64,000 bases of DNA from an uncultured Verrucomicrobiota bacterium (GTDB lineage: Bacteria; Verrucomicrobiota; Kiritimatiellia; CAIKKV01; CAYSLU01), in the NCBI GenBank assembly GCA_964431965.1, contig CAYSLU010000021.1, positions 1,698 to 65,697 on the forward strand. Reading direction: 5' to 3'. Of the stretch, positions 1 to 10,662 are shown in pieces. The notes below the pieces were generated by a model that was given only the letters and a program-made list of their open reading frames with translations, made no database searches and was not told the origin of the DNA. Position 1 is the first letter of the stretch; every line of letters starts with the position of its first letter. The position numbers and the translations under genes are program-made.

Positions 1-395
1 CCGCCGCCATCTCCCGCAAGGTCGCCGAGGCGTCGGACGGCGGGACGGTCGAGGTGTGGGGCGACGGCACCGCGGTGCGGTCGTACACCTACGTGGACGA
101 CATGGTGGACGGAATCTTCCGCCTCATGCACTCCGATCTGGAAGGGGCCGTGAACATCGGGTGCCCGGAGTACGTGGATGTAAACGAGCTGGTGCGGACG
201 GTCGCCGCCGCGGCCGGCAAGCGGATCTCGATCCGGCACATCAAGGGCCCGGTTGGCGTGCAGTCCCGCAACTTCAGCAACGAGCGCATCTATTCCATCG
301 GCTGGAAGGCCCGGTTCCCCTTGAAGGACGGCATCGCCCGCACGTACCCGTGGGTCGAGGAGCAGGTTCGCAAGGCCGCCGGCCCGAAGCACTAG
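1..395 (+). CDS. NAD-dependent nucleotide-sugar epimerase/dehydratase, C-terminal part (GDP-mannose 3,5-epimerase-like); 5' truncated by window
   Basis: Frame open from window edge: AAISRKVAEA...EVWGDGTAVRSYTYVDD...VNIG...GPVGVQSRN, typical extended-SDR C-terminus. Confidence 0.8.
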   Translation, partial: AAISRKVAEASDGGTVEVWGDGTAVRSYTYVDDMVDGIFRLMHSDLEGAVNIGCPEYVDVNELVRTVAAAAGKRISIRHIKGPVGVQSRNFSNERIYSIGWKARFPLKDGIARTYPWVEEQVRKAAGPKH

Positions 396-423
396 TGGAA
401 CCGGCGTTCCGGATCACTTCGAT

Positions 424-1785
424 ATGGCGTTTCTTGACAGGGTCAGCCGGCCGCTCGTGTTCGTGCTCATCGCGGCGCCGGTTCTCGGCGGTCCGTGGCT
501 GTTCGGCGCGTGGGAGGCCTGGTGGTTCTGGCCGTTCGCCATGTGCATCTTCGCCGCCGCCGGGCTCCTCGGGCTGCGTGCCGCCTTTGGCGTGGAGCCG
601 GACTGGAGCGGCTTCCGGATGCGCCGCTGGCTGTGGACCGTCGGGGCGGCCTGGGGGGTCTTTCTGGTCTACGCGGCGGCTCGCGCGGCGCAGGCCCGCG
701 TCCATACCGATGCGGAGCGCGCGTTTCTGCTGTTCCTGACGCCGGTTCTGCTGGCGCTGGCGATCGCGTTCGGGCTGTCGGCGCGTCGTGCCCGTCTGCT
801 GATCGGCCTGTCGATGGCGAACCTGACGGCGATCGGCCTGTACGGCATCGTCAACCAGCACATCACCGGCGGCGTCTGGGTGCTCTGGCTGCCCGGCTAT
901 CCGCAGTACATCATCGAGAACCGCGTGACCGGCACCTATTTCTGTCCGGACCACTTCGCCGGCCTCATGGAGATCCTGTTCGCGTGCGCCGCCGGGGTTC
1001 TCCTGGCCCGCGAGCCGCGCTGGCCGGCCCGGCTCGGCTCGGCCGCGGCGCTGGCCGTGGCGGCGGCGGGCGTCGTGATGAGCAAGTCGCGCGGCGGCGG
1101 GCTTGCGCTGGCCGTGGTGTGCGGGCTGGCCCTGGTGATCGGCTTCGCCCAGTGGCGGCCGGCCGTGCGCTGGACGCTCCGGGCGTGCACGCTGGCCGCG
1201 GTGGTGCTGGCGGGGCTGGCAGTGATCGTCTGCGGCCGGACGTACGTCGAGCGGTTCCGCCAGTATCCGTGGGACCGGCTCGAGCAATCCGACCGGGGCC
1301 AGATGATCGCCGGTGCTCTGCGCGCGTGGCGCACCTCCCCGGTGGTGGGGATTGGCCCGGGCATGCACCAGAACCTGTGGCCGCACTTTGCGGCCAGCCC
1401 GGACGGCGATCGGGCGAAGGGCATCTGGCCCAGCCGCCCGAACTACACGTTCCATTCGTACGAGGTGCATAGCGACTGGGTGCAGCTTCTGGAGGAGCTG
1501 GGCGTTGTGGGATTTGCGCTGTTCGGCGCGGCGGCGGCGGCGGGCGCCGGGCTGCTTGAGTCCGCGCGCCGCCGAGCGGTGGCGCGGCTGCGCGCGGCCG
1601 GGCGCGCGACGCCGGGCTACTGGACCGGGCTGGCGGCGCTGCTGGCCGTGGCCGCCCTGGCGTTCCACTCGCTCGGCGACTTCAACCTGCAGATCCCGGC
1701 CACCACGTGGGTTCTGGCCGCGGTTGTCGCGGCGGCGATCGGCCAGGCGGCGGATGCGGCCGGCGCCGAGGGGGAGGGTCGGTGA
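424..1785 (+). CDS. O-antigen ligase (Wzy_C) family membrane protein
   Basis: Multiple TM segments, RVTGTYFCPDHFAG, SKSRGG, GIGPG and HSDWVQLLEELG motifs. Confidence 0.8.
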   Translation: MAFLDRVSRPLVFVLIAAPVLGGPWLFGAWEAWWFWPFAMCIFAAAGLLGLRAAFGVEPDWSGFRMRRWLWTVGAAWGVFLVYAAARAAQARVHTDAERAFLLFLTPVLLALAIAFGLSARRARLLIGLSMANLTAIGLYGIVNQHITGGVWVLWLPGYPQYIIENRVTGTYFCPDHFAGLMEILFACAAGVLLAREPRWPARLGSAAALAVAAAGVVMSKSRGGGLALAVVCGLALVIGFAQWRPAVRWTLRACTLAAVVLAGLAVIVCGRTYVERFRQYPWDRLEQSDRGQMIAGALRAWRTSPVVGIGPGMHQNLWPHFAASPDGDRAKGIWPSRPNYTFHSYEVHSDWVQLLEELGVVGFALFGAAAAAGAGLLESARRRAVARLRAAGRATPGYWTGLAALLAVAALAFHSLGDFNLQIPATTWVLAAVVAAAIGQAADAAGAEGEGR

Positions 1786-2441
1786 GGACGATCATCATCA
1801 GCGACCTTCACCTCGGGTCTCGCTACTTCCAGCTGGCGCTGTACGACCGGTTCATGGATGGGCTGCCCGACGATGCGACGCTGGTCCTCAACGGCGATAC
1901 GGTGGACGCCGTGCATCGCGACCTCCCGCCCGCCCACCGGAGCGCGCTGGATCGCTTGCGCGCCGAATCGCGGCGGCGACGCGTCGTCTGGCTGTTCGGC
2001 AACCACGACGACACCTACGCGATGGACGACCCGGCGCAGATCGAGTTCCGGAAGGACTACTCCATCGGAAAGCGCCTGTACGTGGCGCACGGGTTCGACT
2101 TCGACAACGTGATTCCGTACCATACGATCTTCGTGCATCTCTTCCGGGCGATGCACCAGGTCCGCGTGCTGCTCGGTGCGGAGGCGGTGCACGTGGCGCA
2201 GTACGCGAAGAAGTGGAGCGCCCTGTACCGCGTGCTGCGGAAGAGCGTGGCCATGAACGCGGTCGAGCACGCGAAGGAGAGCGGCTACTCCGCCGTGACG
2301 TGCGGGCACACCCACTTCATGGAGGACGTGACGCTGGACGGGATACGCTATATCAACACCGGGGCGTGGACCGAGCGGCCCGCCTATTACGTGGACGTGG
2401 ACGACGTGAACATCCTGCTGCGTCAGGTCGACGAACAATGA
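1782..2441 (+). CDS. Calcineurin-like metallophosphoesterase (LpxH/UDP-2,3-diacylglucosamine hydrolase-like)
   Basis: ISDLHLG, NGD, GNHD, AHG, CGHTH, YINTGAW motifs; GTGA overlap with upstream stop. Confidence 0.8.
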   Translation: MRTIIISDLHLGSRYFQLALYDRFMDGLPDDATLVLNGDTVDAVHRDLPPAHRSALDRLRAESRRRRVVWLFGNHDDTYAMDDPAQIEFRKDYSIGKRLYVAHGFDFDNVIPYHTIFVHLFRAMHQVRVLLGAEAVHVAQYAKKWSALYRVLRKSVAMNAVEHAKESGYSAVTCGHTHFMEDVTLDGIRYINTGAWTERPAYYVDVDDVNILLRQVDEQ

Positions 2442-3094
2442 GCGCCGGGGCATCGAGCAAGCGACCGGGCGAACCACCGCCGGCGGCCGGTGCGAACCTG
2501 CGCTGGCACGCGGGGCTGGTGACGCCGGAGGACCGGCGCCGCCTCCTGGGCCAGACCGGCTGCGTGATCTGGCTTACCGGCCTGAGCGGCTCCGGCAAGT
2601 CCACCCTGGCCTGTGCCGTGGAGCGGGCCTTGGTGGACGCCGGGCACGCCGCGTACGTACTCGACGGCGACAACGTCCGCCACGGGCTCAACGCGAACCT
2701 CGGGTTCTCCGCCGAGGATCGCGTCGAAAACATCCGCCGCGTGGCGCACGTGGCCCGGCTCTTTGCCGACGCCGGGGTTATCCTGCTCACGGCCTTCATC
2801 TCGCCATTCCGGAGCGGGCGCGATGCGGCCCGGGCCATCGTGGGTCCCGATCGATTCGTGGAGGTCTACCTCGACGTGCCGGTTTCCGTGTGCGAAGGGC
2901 GCGACCCGAAGGGCCTCTACCGAAAAGCCCGCGCCGGTGAGATCGCGGACTTCACGGGAGTCACCTCCCCGTTCGAGCCGCCGCTGGCTCCCGAGCTGGC
3001 CCTTGACACAGCGCGATTGGATCTTTCTTTATGCGTGAGCGGCGTGGTAACCTTTTTGGCCGGCCGAGACCTGCTCGGCACGGTGTCGCCATGA
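2438..3094 (+). CDS. cysC: Adenylyl-sulfate (APS) kinase
   Basis: [34 protein letters not shown] motifs; ATGA overlap at 2438-2441. Confidence 0.95.
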   Translation: MSAGASSKRPGEPPPAAGANLRWHAGLVTPEDRRRLLGQTGCVIWLTGLSGSGKSTLACAVERALVDAGHAAYVLDGDNVRHGLNANLGFSAEDRVENIRRVAHVARLFADAGVILLTAFISPFRSGRDAARAIVGPDRFVEVYLDVPVSVCEGRDPKGLYRKARAGEIADFTGVTSPFEPPLAPELALDTARLDLSLCVSGVVTFLAGRDLLGTVSP

Positions 3095-3996
3095 GCATGT
3101 ATAACCTGACCCATCTGAAGCAGTTGGAGGCGGAGAGCATCTTCATCCTCCGCGAGGTGGCTGCCGAGTTCGAGCGGCCGGTGATGCTGTATTCCATCGG
3201 CAAGGACTCGTCCGTGATGGTGCATCTGGCGCGAAAGGCGTTCCACCCGGGGCCCATTCCATTTCCGTTACTGCACGTAGATACCACCTACAAGTTCCGC
3301 GAGATGTACGAGTTTCGGGACCGCTACACGAAGGAGATCGGCGTCGAACTCCACGTGCACATCAACCGGAAGGCAATCGAAGAGGGGGCGAACCCGTGGA
3401 CTCTGGGGACGCAGAAGTGCTGCGGGCTCCTCAAGACCCAGGCCTTGATCGACGCCCTTCGCGAGGGACGCCACGACGCCGCCTTCGGCGGGGCTCGCCG
3501 CGATGAGGAGAAGTCGCGGGCCAAGGAGCGCATCTACTCGTTCCGGGACTCGCTCGGCCAGTGGGACCCCAAGAACCAGCGGCCTGAGCTGTGGAACCTC
3601 TTCAACGCCCGCGTCAACAAGGGCGAGTCGATCCGGGTGTTCCCGATCTCCAACTGGACCGAGCTCGACGTGTGGCAGTACATCCACCAGGAGCACATTC
3701 CGGTGGTGCCGATGTACTTCGCGGCCATGCGCCAGATGATCGTGCGTGAGGGGCAGCTGATTCCCCTGGACCGCCCGATCCCGCTGCGTCCCGGCGAGAA
3801 GCCGGAGTCCGTTCTGTGCCGGTTCCGGACGCTCGGCTGCTACCCGTGCACCGGAGCCGTGCGCTCCGCCGCCATCACGGTGCCGGAGATCATCGAGGAG
3901 ATGATGGTCTGCCGCGTGTCCGAGCGTTCGACCCGGATCATCGACCACGATGCCGAGGGCTCGATGGAAATGAAGAAGCGCGAGGGGTACTTCTAG
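3091..3996 (+). CDS. cysD: Sulfate adenylyltransferase subunit 2
   Basis: [34 protein letters not shown], ends KKREGYF. Confidence 0.97.
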   Translation: MSMYNLTHLKQLEAESIFILREVAAEFERPVMLYSIGKDSSVMVHLARKAFHPGPIPFPLLHVDTTYKFREMYEFRDRYTKEIGVELHVHINRKAIEEGANPWTLGTQKCCGLLKTQALIDALREGRHDAAFGGARRDEEKSRAKERIYSFRDSLGQWDPKNQRPELWNLFNARVNKGESIRVFPISNWTELDVWQYIHQEHIPVVPMYFAAMRQMIVREGQLIPLDRPIPLRPGEKPESVLCRFRTLGCYPCTGAVRSAAITVPEIIEEMMVCRVSERSTRIIDHDAEGSMEMKKREGYF

Positions 3997-4000
3997 CGCC

Positions 4001-5944
4001 ATGAGCGATCGCACGGATGCCGCCATCGAGGAGTTTCTCCGCCAGAACGAGCGGAAGGAGCTGCTTCGCTTCTCCACGGCCGGCAGCGTGGACGACGGCA
4101 AGTCGACCCTGATCGGCCGCCTGCTCCATGACGCCAAGGGCATCTACGAGGACCACCTGGCCTCGGTCAAGGCCGCCTCCGCCAAGGGCTCCGCCGAGGG
4201 AGATATCGACTACGCGCTCGTGACGGACGGACTCAAGGCCGAGCGCGAGCAGGGCATCACCATCGACGTGGCGTACCGCTACTTCTCCACGCCACGCCGG
4301 AAGTTCATCATCGCCGACACGCCGGGCCACGAGCAGTACACGCGCAACATGGCCACCGGCGCATCCACGGCGAACCTGGCCATCATCCTCATCGACGCCC
4401 AGCAGGGCGTGCTCGTGCAGTCGAGGCGGCACGCGTTCATCGCGTCCCTTCTCGGCATCCCGCACCTCATCGTCGCCGTGAACAAGATGGACCTCGTCGG
4501 CTACGACGAGGCCGTGTTCGAGGCCGTCCGGGCGGAGTTCAGCGGCTTTGCCGCGAAGCTGGGCATCGTCGATGTGCGCTTCATCCCGATCAGCGCGCTG
4601 AAGGGCGACAACGTCGTCGAGCGGAGCGGCCGCATGCCGTGGTTCCGCGGCGAGAGCCTGCTCGAGGTGCTGGAGACCATCCACATTTCGAGCGACCGCA
4701 ATCTGATCGACATGCGGTTTCCCGTGCAGTACGTGCTGCGGCCCGACCGCACCTACCGCGGGTACTGCGGCTCCATCGCCTCCGGACTGATCCGGCCGGG
4801 CGACGAGGTGATGGTGCTCCCGTCGATGAAGACCACGCGGGTGACCGGGATCACGAGCTTTGACGGCGACCGCGAGCTGGCGTTCCCGCCCATGTCGGTT
4901 GCGATCACGCTGGCCGACCAGGTGGATATCAGCCGCGGCGACATGCTGGTGCATCCGCACAACGTGCCCAAGGTGGAGCGGCACTTCGAGGCCATGGTGG
5001 TGTGGATGAGCGAGGCGCCGATGGACCTGGCCCGTCCCTATCTCATCAAGCACACGACGCGCACGACGCGCGTGCGCATCGATGCGGTCCGGTACCAGGT
5101 CGACGTGAACACGCTGCACCGCCTGCCGTGCACGGGCCTCGAGCTGAACGCCATCGGCCGCGTGGTCTTCACGGCGAACCAGCCGCTCTTCTACGACCCC
5201 TATAGCCGGAATCGGTCCACGGGCTGCTTCATCCTGGTGGATCCGATCAGCAACAACACGGTGGCGGCGGGCATGATCATCGACCGCGAGCCGTCGGAGC
5301 GCCTGCCGGCTCGCATGGAGTCGGCCGCGGCGGAGCCGCGCGCCCCGCTGCAGCGCCACGACAGCCGGGTGGGCGAGGCGGAGCGGTCCGAGCGGCTCGC
5401 GCAGCGTCCGGCGACCATCTGGCTTACGGGGCTCGTGGGCTCGGGCAAGACCGGCATCGCGTATGCGCTTGAGCGGCGGATCTTCGACCTCGGCGGCCTG
5501 GCGGCGGTGCTCGACGGATCCAACTTCCGGATGGGGCTGAGCCGCGACCTCGACTTCTCCACGTCGGGCATCGCGGAGCACCTGCGCCGCGTGGCGGAAA
5601 CGGCCCGGCTGATGAACCAGGGCGGGCTCATCGCCATCTGCGCGTTCGCCTCGCCGGTCGCCTCGCTGCGGGCGGAGGCCGGTGCAATCGTGGGGCGCGA
5701 CCGGTTTATTGAAGTGCACGTCGATGCCCCGCTCGAGTGGTGCGAGGCACACGACCGCTCCGGGCTCTACGCCCGGGCCCGGGCCGGCGAGATCCGCAAT
5801 CTCGCGGGCGTCGACCTGCCGTACGAGCCGCCCGCTCAGCCGGACCTGGTGATTCCCGCCGATCGCACGACCGCGGATGCGGCCGTCGAGCGGATCTTGG
5901 AGATCCTTCGCGGCAAGGGCATCTTCCCTCGGCCGCGGACCTGA
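4001..5944 (+). CDS. cysN: Sulfate adenylyltransferase large subunit fused to a divergent APS-kinase domain (CysNC)
   Basis: [42 protein letters not shown]; C-terminal P-loop GLVGSGKT. Confidence 0.95.
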   Translation: MSDRTDAAIEEFLRQNERKELLRFSTAGSVDDGKSTLIGRLLHDAKGIYEDHLASVKAASAKGSAEGDIDYALVTDGLKAEREQGITIDVAYRYFSTPRRKFIIADTPGHEQYTRNMATGASTANLAIILIDAQQGVLVQSRRHAFIASLLGIPHLIVAVNKMDLVGYDEAVFEAVRAEFSGFAAKLGIVDVRFIPISALKGDNVVERSGRMPWFRGESLLEVLETIHISSDRNLIDMRFPVQYVLRPDRTYRGYCGSIASGLIRPGDEVMVLPSMKTTRVTGITSFDGDRELAFPPMSVAITLADQVDISRGDMLVHPHNVPKVERHFEAMVVWMSEAPMDLARPYLIKHTTRTTRVRIDAVRYQVDVNTLHRLPCTGLELNAIGRVVFTANQPLFYDPYSRNRSTGCFILVDPISNNTVAAGMIIDREPSERLPARMESAAAEPRAPLQRHDSRVGEAERSERLAQRPATIWLTGLVGSGKTGIAYALERRIFDLGGLAAVLDGSNFRMGLSRDLDFSTSGIAEHLRRVAETARLMNQGGLIAICAFASPVASLRAEAGAIVGRDRFIEVHVDAPLEWCEAHDRSGLYARARAGEIRNLAGVDLPYEPPAQPDLVIPADRTTADAAVERILEILRGKGIFPRPRT

Positions 5945-6200
5945 TCGGCCGCCGGCCGCCTATCGATTCGGCCCGACGAAGCCTGTGGGCATCTGATTGC
6001 CGGAGCCCGCTGGCCCGCCGCGAACGCGCTTCATGCGTGCCAGCCGCTGTGCTACTGTCTCCATCCGGTCTCCGTGCCTGCGTCGGCCCGGCGCCGGACC
6101 GGTCCTTTTCCGACCGTGAGGCGCGCTGTCGTTGCTGCCTGAGCGGACCGCTAAGCCGTCGATTGGGCGCATAATCGACCGGCACGGAGTGTGTCTTCCG

Positions 6201-7559
6201 ATGACCCAAGGTGAGTCCCTGACGACGTCGCCCGTGCCTGCGGGCAGCTGGCGCGGCCGGCTGTTCCGGGGGCTGTCATGGGCGCTGGCCGGCGCCGTGG
6301 TCTCGCGCGCCTTCGCTCTGCTGGCCTCCATCGTCGTGGCGCGGCTGGTGGGCCGGGAGTCCTTTGGCGAGCTGGGCGTGATCATGAGCACCGTGGGGAT
6401 GTTCCAGGTATTCGCTGGGTTTGGGCTGGGCACCACTGCGACCAAGTATGTGGCGCAGTACCGGGAAACAGATCCGCTGCGGGCCGCGCGCGTGGCGCGC
6501 CTGGCCCGGGTGGGGGCGGTTGTGACCGGTGTGGCGATGGCGGCGGGGCTGTTCCTCCTGGCGCCGTGGCTGGCGGCCGAGACGCTGAAGTCGCCGCAGC
6601 TGACGGGCCTGCTGCGGGTCGGCGCGGCATGGCTGTTTCTGATGGCTGTGAACGACGCGCAGACGGGGCTCCTGGCCGGGTTCGAGGCGTTCGGCGCCAT
6701 TGCGCGAGCCAACGCCGCGGCGGGCATGTTGTCCTTTCCGCTCACGGTCGCGTGTGCCTGGCAGTGGGGCGTGACCGGAGCCGTATGGGCGCTGGTCGGG
6801 ACGGCGGCCGTGACCGCGCTGCTATACCGCGCCGCGCTGACGCGGGAGTACGCGCGCACCGGGTTTCTCCGCCGCCCCGAGGGCTGGACGCGTGAGTGGC
6901 CCGCGTTGCTCGCGTTCAGCGTTCCGGCCGCCCTTGCGGGTGCGCTGGTGGCTCCCGCCAACTGGCTGGGCGTTGCCATGGTCGTCAACCACCCGGGCGG
7001 CTATGCGGAGATGGGGCTGTTCAATGCGGCCAACCAGTGGCGTACCGCCATCCTGTTCCTGCCCGGCGCGCTGGGGTTTGCGGCGCTGCCGCTGCTGACC
7101 CAGCTGTACGCGCAGGACGATCGGCGCCGGTTCGCCCGGATGCTGGGCGCGAACCTCGGCATCAACGGCGGAGTGGCGTTGATGGGCGCGGGCGCCGTCG
7201 TGCTGTTCGGGGGGTGGATCATGCGGAGCTACGGATCGGACTTCGCCGGCGGACGGCTGGTGCTGGCCCTGCTGGCGGGATCCGCGGTGCTGATGGCGGT
7301 CGGATCGGTCGTGGGCTCCGCGATCACCAGCTCCGGGCGCATGTGGTATGGATTCGCGTTCAACGCCCTCTGGGCCGTGGCGTTGGTCGGCGGGGCGTGG
7401 GTGCTGGTGCCGACGCGCGGCGCGGCCGGGCTTGCGCTGGCGACGCTGGTGGCCTATGGCCTGCACCTCCTGTGGCAGGGAGGCTATCTGCTGACTTCCG
7501 TGGTTCCGGCGGGGCGCCGGGCTTCGGCCGTCCGCGGGGAGGGGGCGCCGCCCGCGTGA
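6201..7559 (+). CDS. Wzx-type polysaccharide flippase
   Basis: About 12 hydrophobic segments, ARLVGRESFGELG and GLFNAANQW patterns typical of the PST family. Confidence 0.85.
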   Translation: MTQGESLTTSPVPAGSWRGRLFRGLSWALAGAVVSRAFALLASIVVARLVGRESFGELGVIMSTVGMFQVFAGFGLGTTATKYVAQYRETDPLRAARVARLARVGAVVTGVAMAAGLFLLAPWLAAETLKSPQLTGLLRVGAAWLFLMAVNDAQTGLLAGFEAFGAIARANAAAGMLSFPLTVACAWQWGVTGAVWALVGTAAVTALLYRAALTREYARTGFLRRPEGWTREWPALLAFSVPAALAGALVAPANWLGVAMVVNHPGGYAEMGLFNAANQWRTAILFLPGALGFAALPLLTQLYAQDDRRRFARMLGANLGINGGVALMGAGAVVLFGGWIMRSYGSDFAGGRLVLALLAGSAVLMAVGSVVGSAITSSGRMWYGFAFNALWAVALVGGAWVLVPTRGAAGLALATLVAYGLHLLWQGGYLLTSVVPAGRRASAVRGEGAPPA

Positions 7560-8731
7560 GGATCTGCATGCTGTCGTCGGACTTCCTTCCCGCCGTGGGA
7601 GGAATCGCCTCCCACGTGCTCGGTCTGTCCCGGGCCCTGCAGCGCGCGGGGCATGAGGTGGACGTGGTCATGCCGTACATCGGCCGGCGCCCCAACGGCG
7701 AAGCCGAGTGGGAGGCGATGGGCGTCCGGGTCGAGCCGGTCCGGATACCGCGCATCCCGAAGCTCATGCGCCTCGTCTACGGGCCCCGGCTCGCGCACCG
7801 GCTCCGCGAACTCCACGCACAGCGCCGCTACGACCTGGTGCACTGGCACACGCTGCCGTACGACGGATGGGCCGCGGCGCGCAGCGGAATTGCCTGCCGC
7901 ATCTTCACCAATCACACGTCCGATTTCCTGGAGATGATCGAGAGCGCGCGGGGCCGCCGCCGCGCCGCGTGGATCCTGGCGCCCGCCCAGCGCGTCATCG
8001 CGCCCAGCCAGGAGCTCGCCGACCGCAGCGTCGAGGCCGGATTTCCGGCGGATCGCGTGCTCTGCATCCCGAACGGCGTGAACGCCGACCGGTTCCGGCC
8101 GGGGATTGACGGAGCGCCGACCCGCCAGCGCCACGCGATACCGCCCGGTGCGTTCGTCTTCATCTGCGCCCGGCGGCTGGACGAGAAGAACGGAGTCCGG
8201 TACTGGGCGGCGGCGCTTCCTCTGATCCTGGCGAAGGCGTCCAGACCGGTTCACTTCCTGTTCGTCGGAGATGCGCCAGACGATGAGCGCTCCGATCGGC
8301 GGGCGGTGCTGCGGCACCTCTGGCATCTGGCGAAGCCGAGCGCCTTCACGTTCGCCGGCAGCATCCCGACCTCGGACATGCCGCTCTACTATGCCGCCTC
8401 CAGCGCGGCGGTCCTGCCGTCGCTCCGCGAGGCCACGAGCATCACCGGCCTGGAATCGATGGCTTCCGGCCTGCCGCTCATCGGCACCCGCGTGGGCGGC
8501 ATTCCCGAGATCGTCGAGGACGGTGTGACCGGCATGCTGGTGACCCCGGCGTCGACGGAGGCGCTGGCCACGGCCGCGCTCGATCTAATGGGTCGCCCGG
8601 CCGAGGCGATTGCGCGCATGGGCCGGGCCGCGCGGCGGGCGGTCGAGGAGCGGTTCAGCTGGGACGCGGTGGCGCAGCGGACCGTGCGCGTCTACGAAGG
8701 GATGCTCGCGGCTGAAGGGGGCGGAGCCTAG
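7556..8731 (+). CDS. Glycosyltransferase family 4
   Basis: RICMLSSDFLPAVGGI, IPNGV, EATSITGLESMASGLP, GGIPE; GTGA overlap. Confidence 0.9.
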   Translation: MRICMLSSDFLPAVGGIASHVLGLSRALQRAGHEVDVVMPYIGRRPNGEAEWEAMGVRVEPVRIPRIPKLMRLVYGPRLAHRLRELHAQRRYDLVHWHTLPYDGWAAARSGIACRIFTNHTSDFLEMIESARGRRRAAWILAPAQRVIAPSQELADRSVEAGFPADRVLCIPNGVNADRFRPGIDGAPTRQRHAIPPGAFVFICARRLDEKNGVRYWAAALPLILAKASRPVHFLFVGDAPDDERSDRRAVLRHLWHLAKPSAFTFAGSIPTSDMPLYYAASSAAVLPSLREATSITGLESMASGLPLIGTRVGGIPEIVEDGVTGMLVTPASTEALATAALDLMGRPAEAIARMGRAARRAVEERFSWDAVAQRTVRVYEGMLAAEGGGA

Positions 8732-8733
8732 CC

Positions 8734-10662
8734 ATGTGCGGAATTGCCGGCAGCTTCGGGGTCGCCGACGCGGATGCGATTCGCCGGATGATCCGCGCCC
8801 TCGCACACCGGGGGCCCGACGACGAGGGCGTATGGACCGACCCATCCCTGCCGGCCGCGTTCGGGCACCGCCGGCTGTCGATCCTGGACCTGTCGTCCGC
8901 CGGCCACCAGCCCATGAGCGACCCGAGCGGGCGCCTGTGGATCGTGTTCAACGGCGAGATTTACAACTACCGCGATTTGCGCCGCGAGCTCGAAGCCCGC
9001 GGTCGCCCGTTCCGGACGCAGAGCGACACGGAAGTCATCCTCGCGGCATATGCCGAATGGGGGCCGACGTGCGTAACCCGGCTGCGCGGCATGTTCGCGA
9101 TGGCCATCGCGGACCGCGCGCCCGGGTCCGGGGCGCCGTCCCTGCTGCTGGCCCGGGACCGGCTGGGCATCAAGCCGCTCCTCTATCACCTCCGGGGGAG
9201 CGAGCTGTGGTTCGCCTCTGAGCTGCGCGCGCTGGTCGCGGGCGGCAGGCTGGAGCCGCGGGTGCGGGCCGATGCGATCGTCGATTTCCTTGCGTTCGGA
9301 TCGGTCAGCCAGCCGGGCACCGTGTTCGAGGGGGTCAAGGCGCTGCCCCCCGGCCACTGGATGGAGGTGCGCGGCTCCGACCGCCGCCTGGTTTCGTACT
9401 GGGATCTGCACGACGTAACGGCGGGGCTTCGCCGCGAGCTGGCTGGAGTGGACGAGGAGGAGGCCCGCCTGCGGCTGCGCGCCGCGCTCGAGGAGGCCAC
9501 GCGGTATCACCTGATCGCCGACGTGCCGGTCGGCGCCTTCTTCAGCGGCGGGATCGACTCCACGGCGATCGTCGGCCTGATGTCCCGCGTGTCCGGCCGC
9601 CGGATCCGGACGCTGTCGGTCGGGTACGAGTCGGACTCCGGGGACGAGCGCTCGTTCGCCGGGCAGGCCGCCGCCCGGCTGGGCACGGAGCACCGCGAGG
9701 TGGTTGTTCGCGAGACGGATGTGGTCGATCTGTTCCCCAAGATCGTTGAGGCGATCGATCAGCCGAGCGTGGACGGCGCGAACACATGGATCGTCTCCCG
9801 CGCGGCCCGCGCGGACTTCCCGGTGGCTCTGTCGGGGCTGGGGGGCGACGAGCTCATGGCCGGATACGGACACTTTGGCCTCCTCGCTCGCGCGGACCGC
9901 GAGTCGCCGGTCGGTTCGCCGGTCGCGTTCGGGTGCTGGCGGCGCGTCCGGGAGATCGGGCGGGTCGGCCGGCAGAGCTATCGCCGGTTCATGGCGGCAG
10001 CGGACCCTGCCGAGCGGCGGGGGCTGGCCCGGAGCGTGCTCGCTCCGCACCAGCTTCGGCGGGCGTTCGCCCCCGGACTGCGGGATGCGGTCTGGCAGCG
10101 GATTCGCGCCGGCTCCCGCCCGTGGTTTCGCGCGGAAGCGGATTCCGTGCAGCGTACGAGCTACGCCGAGGTGCAGGGGTATCTGCTCAACACGCTGCTG
10201 CGCGACGGCGACTGCATGAGCATGGCGCACGCGCTGGAGATGCGCCCGGTCCTGCTCGATCACCCGCTGGTGGAGCTGCTATATGCGCTGCCCGAGCGCC
10301 TGAAGCTGCGCGAGGGCCGGACGAAGTATTTGTTCGTCCGGGCCGTCGAGGATATTCTCGGGCCCGAGACAGTCGGCCGCCGTAAGATGGGCTTCGAGCT
10401 GCCGTACGCCGCATGGATGGGCTCCGCGCGGTGCCTCCGTCCGCTGATCGAGGACCTGCTGGAGTCGGCTCCGGCCCGCGCGCTGTTCGGGGAGCGATGC
10501 CGTGCATCGCTGCGGATCCGGCTCGCGGCGGGCCGGCCTCCGGAGGCGCTGTGGGGGTGGTCGATGCTGCTGCTCTGGCTGGAGCAGGGGGGGCACGAGC
10601 TGCCGCCGATTCCGGGGCCGGTCGAGTCCGATGCGGGTGCGGGTGTGGAGGGGAGCCGATGA
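8734..10662 (+). CDS. asnB: Asparagine synthase (glutamine-hydrolysing) family amidotransferase, likely sugar-amidating
   Basis: MCGIAG, HRGPD, RRLSILDL, FNGEIYN, SGGIDS, SGLGGDEL. Confidence 0.9.
   Translation: MCGIAGSFGVADADAIRRMIRALAHRGPDDEGVWTDPSLPAAFGHRRLSILDLSSAGHQPMSDPSGRLWIVFNGEIYNYRDLRRELEARGRPFRTQSDTEVILAAYAEWGPTCVTRLRGMFAMAIADRAPGSGAPSLLLARDRLGIKPLLYHLRGSELWFASELRALVAGGRLEPRVRADAIVDFLAFGSVSQPGTVFEGVKALPPGHWMEVRGSDRRLVSYWDLHDVTAGLRRELAGVDEEEARLRLRAALEEATRYHLIADVPVGAFFSGGIDSTAIVGLMSRVSGRRIRTLSVGYESDSGDERSFAGQAAARLGTEHREVVVRETDVVDLFPKIVEAIDQPSVDGANTWIVSRAARADFPVALSGLGGDELMAGYGHFGLLARADRESPVGSPVAFGCWRRVREIGRVGRQSYRRFMAAADPAERRGLARSVLAPHQLRRAFAPGLRDAVWQRIRAGSRPWFRAEADSVQRTSYAEVQGYLLNTLLRDGDCMSMAHALEMRPVLLDHPLVELLYALPERLKLREGRTKYLFVRAVEDILGPETVGRRKMGFELPYAAWMGSARCLRPLIEDLLESAPARALFGERCRASLRIRLAAGRPPEALWGWSMLLLWLEQGGHELPPIPGPVESDAGAGVEGSR

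Noticed and set aside
1313-3094. Apparent long N-terminal fusions in the ORF track (cysC from 1313, UROD to 30498, EpsI-like to 43635, LarA from 57334)
   Set aside because: Extensions are Arg/Pro/Gly-rich read-through of other genes' frames; real starts coincide with stop/start overlaps or RBSs
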